From Somniosus microcephalus (Eukaryota), in the NCBI GenBank assembly GCA_052327205.1, contig JBMRGM010000042.1, forward strand, positions 25,482,001 to 25,546,000: a DNA stretch of 64,000 bases, read 5' to 3'. How positions within the stretch are numbered: the stretch's first letter is position 1; every line of letters begins with the position of its first letter. The translations under genes and the position numbers were made by a program. Shown one piece after another: positions 61,835 through 64,000 of this stretch. The notes under the pieces were generated by a model, which made no database searches, was not told the origin of the DNA, and worked only from the letters and a program-made list of their open reading frames with translations.

Positions 61835-64000
61835 TTTAATATTGCTCTGCTTCGAGACAGACAGTGGAGGCAGACGGTAAGGCAGAGGGCTTGAAGACAG
61901 GGGAGGACAGGAAACGGATAGACAGACAGGGGACAGACAGAATTAATCAGACGGGGAGGTATCTGGTGTGAGACAGACTTAGAATACGTGGTGTGTGGCA
62001 GAGCGAGAGACAGACAGGAGACAGCAAGAGAAAAGGCATATTTGAGAGAGAGTCTCATCGACTGGGTGTGAGACTGAACAGGAGACAGACTGGATGAGAT
62101 AGATGCAAGAGAGACAGAAAGAGAGAAACACACGTGGGATTCAGATTGGGGGGAGACAGATGAGACAGCGAGAGAGACAGATGGGGAGAGCTACGATGGA
62201 GACAGAGACAGGCAGACGCTGGGGAGGAATATCGTGAGAGACACAGATGGCGGACACAGACCAGTGAATGAGCGATAGACCGGGGGTACCGACAGGACGA
62301 GACAGCCAGGGATAACGACGTGAGAGGCAGACGAGAGGAGACAGAGAGAGAGAGAGAGAGAGAGAGACAACATGTGCAAGATAGAGAGACAGACTGAGGG
62401 AGGGTAACACAGATGGTTGAACCAGAAGAGGTGAGACAGGCGGGGGATACAGAAGTGTGAATTCTGATGGCGGATGATTGGAAGAGAGACATATTGGCGA
62501 GAGACAAACTGTGGAGACTGAAAGAGAGAAAGAGGCACACGGCGCAGGAGAGACAGGGAGGAGAGAGTGTTGTGGAGAAAGACAAAGAGACCGAGAGTTA
62601 GGAGACAGCGAGAGAGATATATGGTGGGAGGTAGAGAGGGAGCGAATAACTGGCGCATGGAGACAGCCCGATCGGGAAAAAATTTTAGTGACACAGAGAG
62701 AGACAGATGGAGGAGACAGATGGGAGGAGGCGGAAGGGTTATACATACGGGTGGGAGACATTGACAGAAATAAAGGGACGGTAGGCGGGGAGACAGAAGG
62801 AGATCAGATGGGGTTGAGTCAGAAAGCGATAGACAGACGGGGTGTGGTGAGCCTGACAGGGAGACAGACGGGGTGAGACAGACGTGGGAGAGCCAGAGAG
62901 GGAAGCAGCTGCAGGAGAGGCAGACGGCGGGGAGACAAGAGGATTACAGCGAGACAGAAAGTCAGGGCGACAGACAGATGGAGACAGATGGGGAAGACAG
63001 ATGGGGAGACAGAAGGGGTAGACAGATGCGTGAGACAGATGCGGGAGAGAGAGAGAGAACTAGACGGGTTGGGAGACAGAGCGAGAGAGACATATGGGGA
63101 GACAGACAGTGGAGCCAACCGGGGAGACAGAACGGGAACAGGCGGGGTTGAGACAGGGAGAAAAAGAGAGACAGACGGGGTGAAAATATGTGGGAGACAC
63201 ACAAAGAGAAAGAGACAGAAGAGGAAACAGACGGAGGAAGACAGATGAGGAAGACAGACTGATGAGTCAGATTGAGAGAGATAGCTGAGCGAAAAAGATG
63301 GGGAGGCCAGACGGGCGAAGACAGAGAGAGACAAATTATAGAAACAGTGAGGGAGAGAGAGAGTGCGAGAGTGAGAGAGAGCGAGAGTTTGTGAGAGAGT
63401 GAGTGAGAGAGAGACAGATGGACGGGGAGAGGGATGGCGGAGATAGATGTAGGTAGAGAGTGGCAGGCGAGAGAGACATGGTAGACAGATGGGACGGAAG
63501 ACAGGGAGATGAAGAGAGAGCAACAGACTGGGGTAGAGATGCGGGGAGTCGAGAGAGAAGTTGAGACAAAGAGAGAGAAGTATGGTGAAAGATAAAGTGA
63601 TAGCGACAGATCAGAGGGTGTGGGGGCGGAATGGGCTGAGATAGGCCGACTGGAAGGGAGACGGACGGAGTCAGACTGGACCAAACCAGATTGTGGCTGA
63701 CAAAGAGAGAGACAGACAAGGATCGGCAGAGGTGACGCTGCAGACAGGGGTGACAGACAGAAGGGAGAAAAGAGAGAGACTGGTGAGACAGACAGGGAAG
63801 ACAGAAAGGGGAACAGACTGGGTGAGACAGATGGGGGAGAGACAGATGAGGGAGACAGATGGTGATACAGAAGGCGTGAATATCGGTGGAGACAGACTGG
63901 GGATGCAGTGCTAGAGGCAGGCTGCGGGACAAGAATGGGGGAGGATAGACGAATGAAGACAGAAGTGGTGAGAAAGTCTGGGGATGCAGAGAAAGAGACC
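61835..64000 (+). repeat. Purine-rich low-complexity tract (GAGACAGA-like)
   Basis: More than 2 kb of GA/GACA motifs with strong strand skew; ORFs here are compositional artefacts. Confidence 0.9.

Noticed and set aside
61828-63932. Ser/Leu-rich and Arg/Glu-rich ORFs
   Set aside because: Compositional by-products of the GA-rich tract

Overview
Eukaryotic, intergenic or intronic DNA made almost entirely of transposable elements and tandem repeats. The repeat content (CR1 LINEs with an SGNH-esterase ORF1, L2-type LINEs, a Deu-type tRNA SINE, Penelope elements with minimal hammerheads) points to a vertebrate, most likely a cartilaginous fish; this is inference. No intact host protein-coding gene, rRNA, tRNA or CRISPR array was found. 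Main contents: a partial Gypsy element (1-1474, minus); a two-gene PIF/Harbinger transposon (about 1540-10162) split by a CR1; two MITEs; a head-to-tail Helitron pair (about 12965-15238); a near-full CR1 (18932-22975); an old ERV-like element with about 880-bp LTRs (29038-34426); an 89-bp satellite; a multi-level nest of CR1, Penelope, Rex1, CR1 and RTE-X (about 42450-53335); a 76-bp CCAAT/GC-box array; and a young full-length Gypsy element (55497-60072) inside a SINE. The most notable items are the young Gypsy, which has no tRNA primer site at its LTR boundary but a 13-nt self-complementary one (candidate self-priming), the Helitron rolling-circle junction with a promoter and intron, hammerhead ribozyme motifs, and a structured RNA-like cassette in a CR1 3' UTR. 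Boundaries of degenerate elements are approximate and were read by eye.
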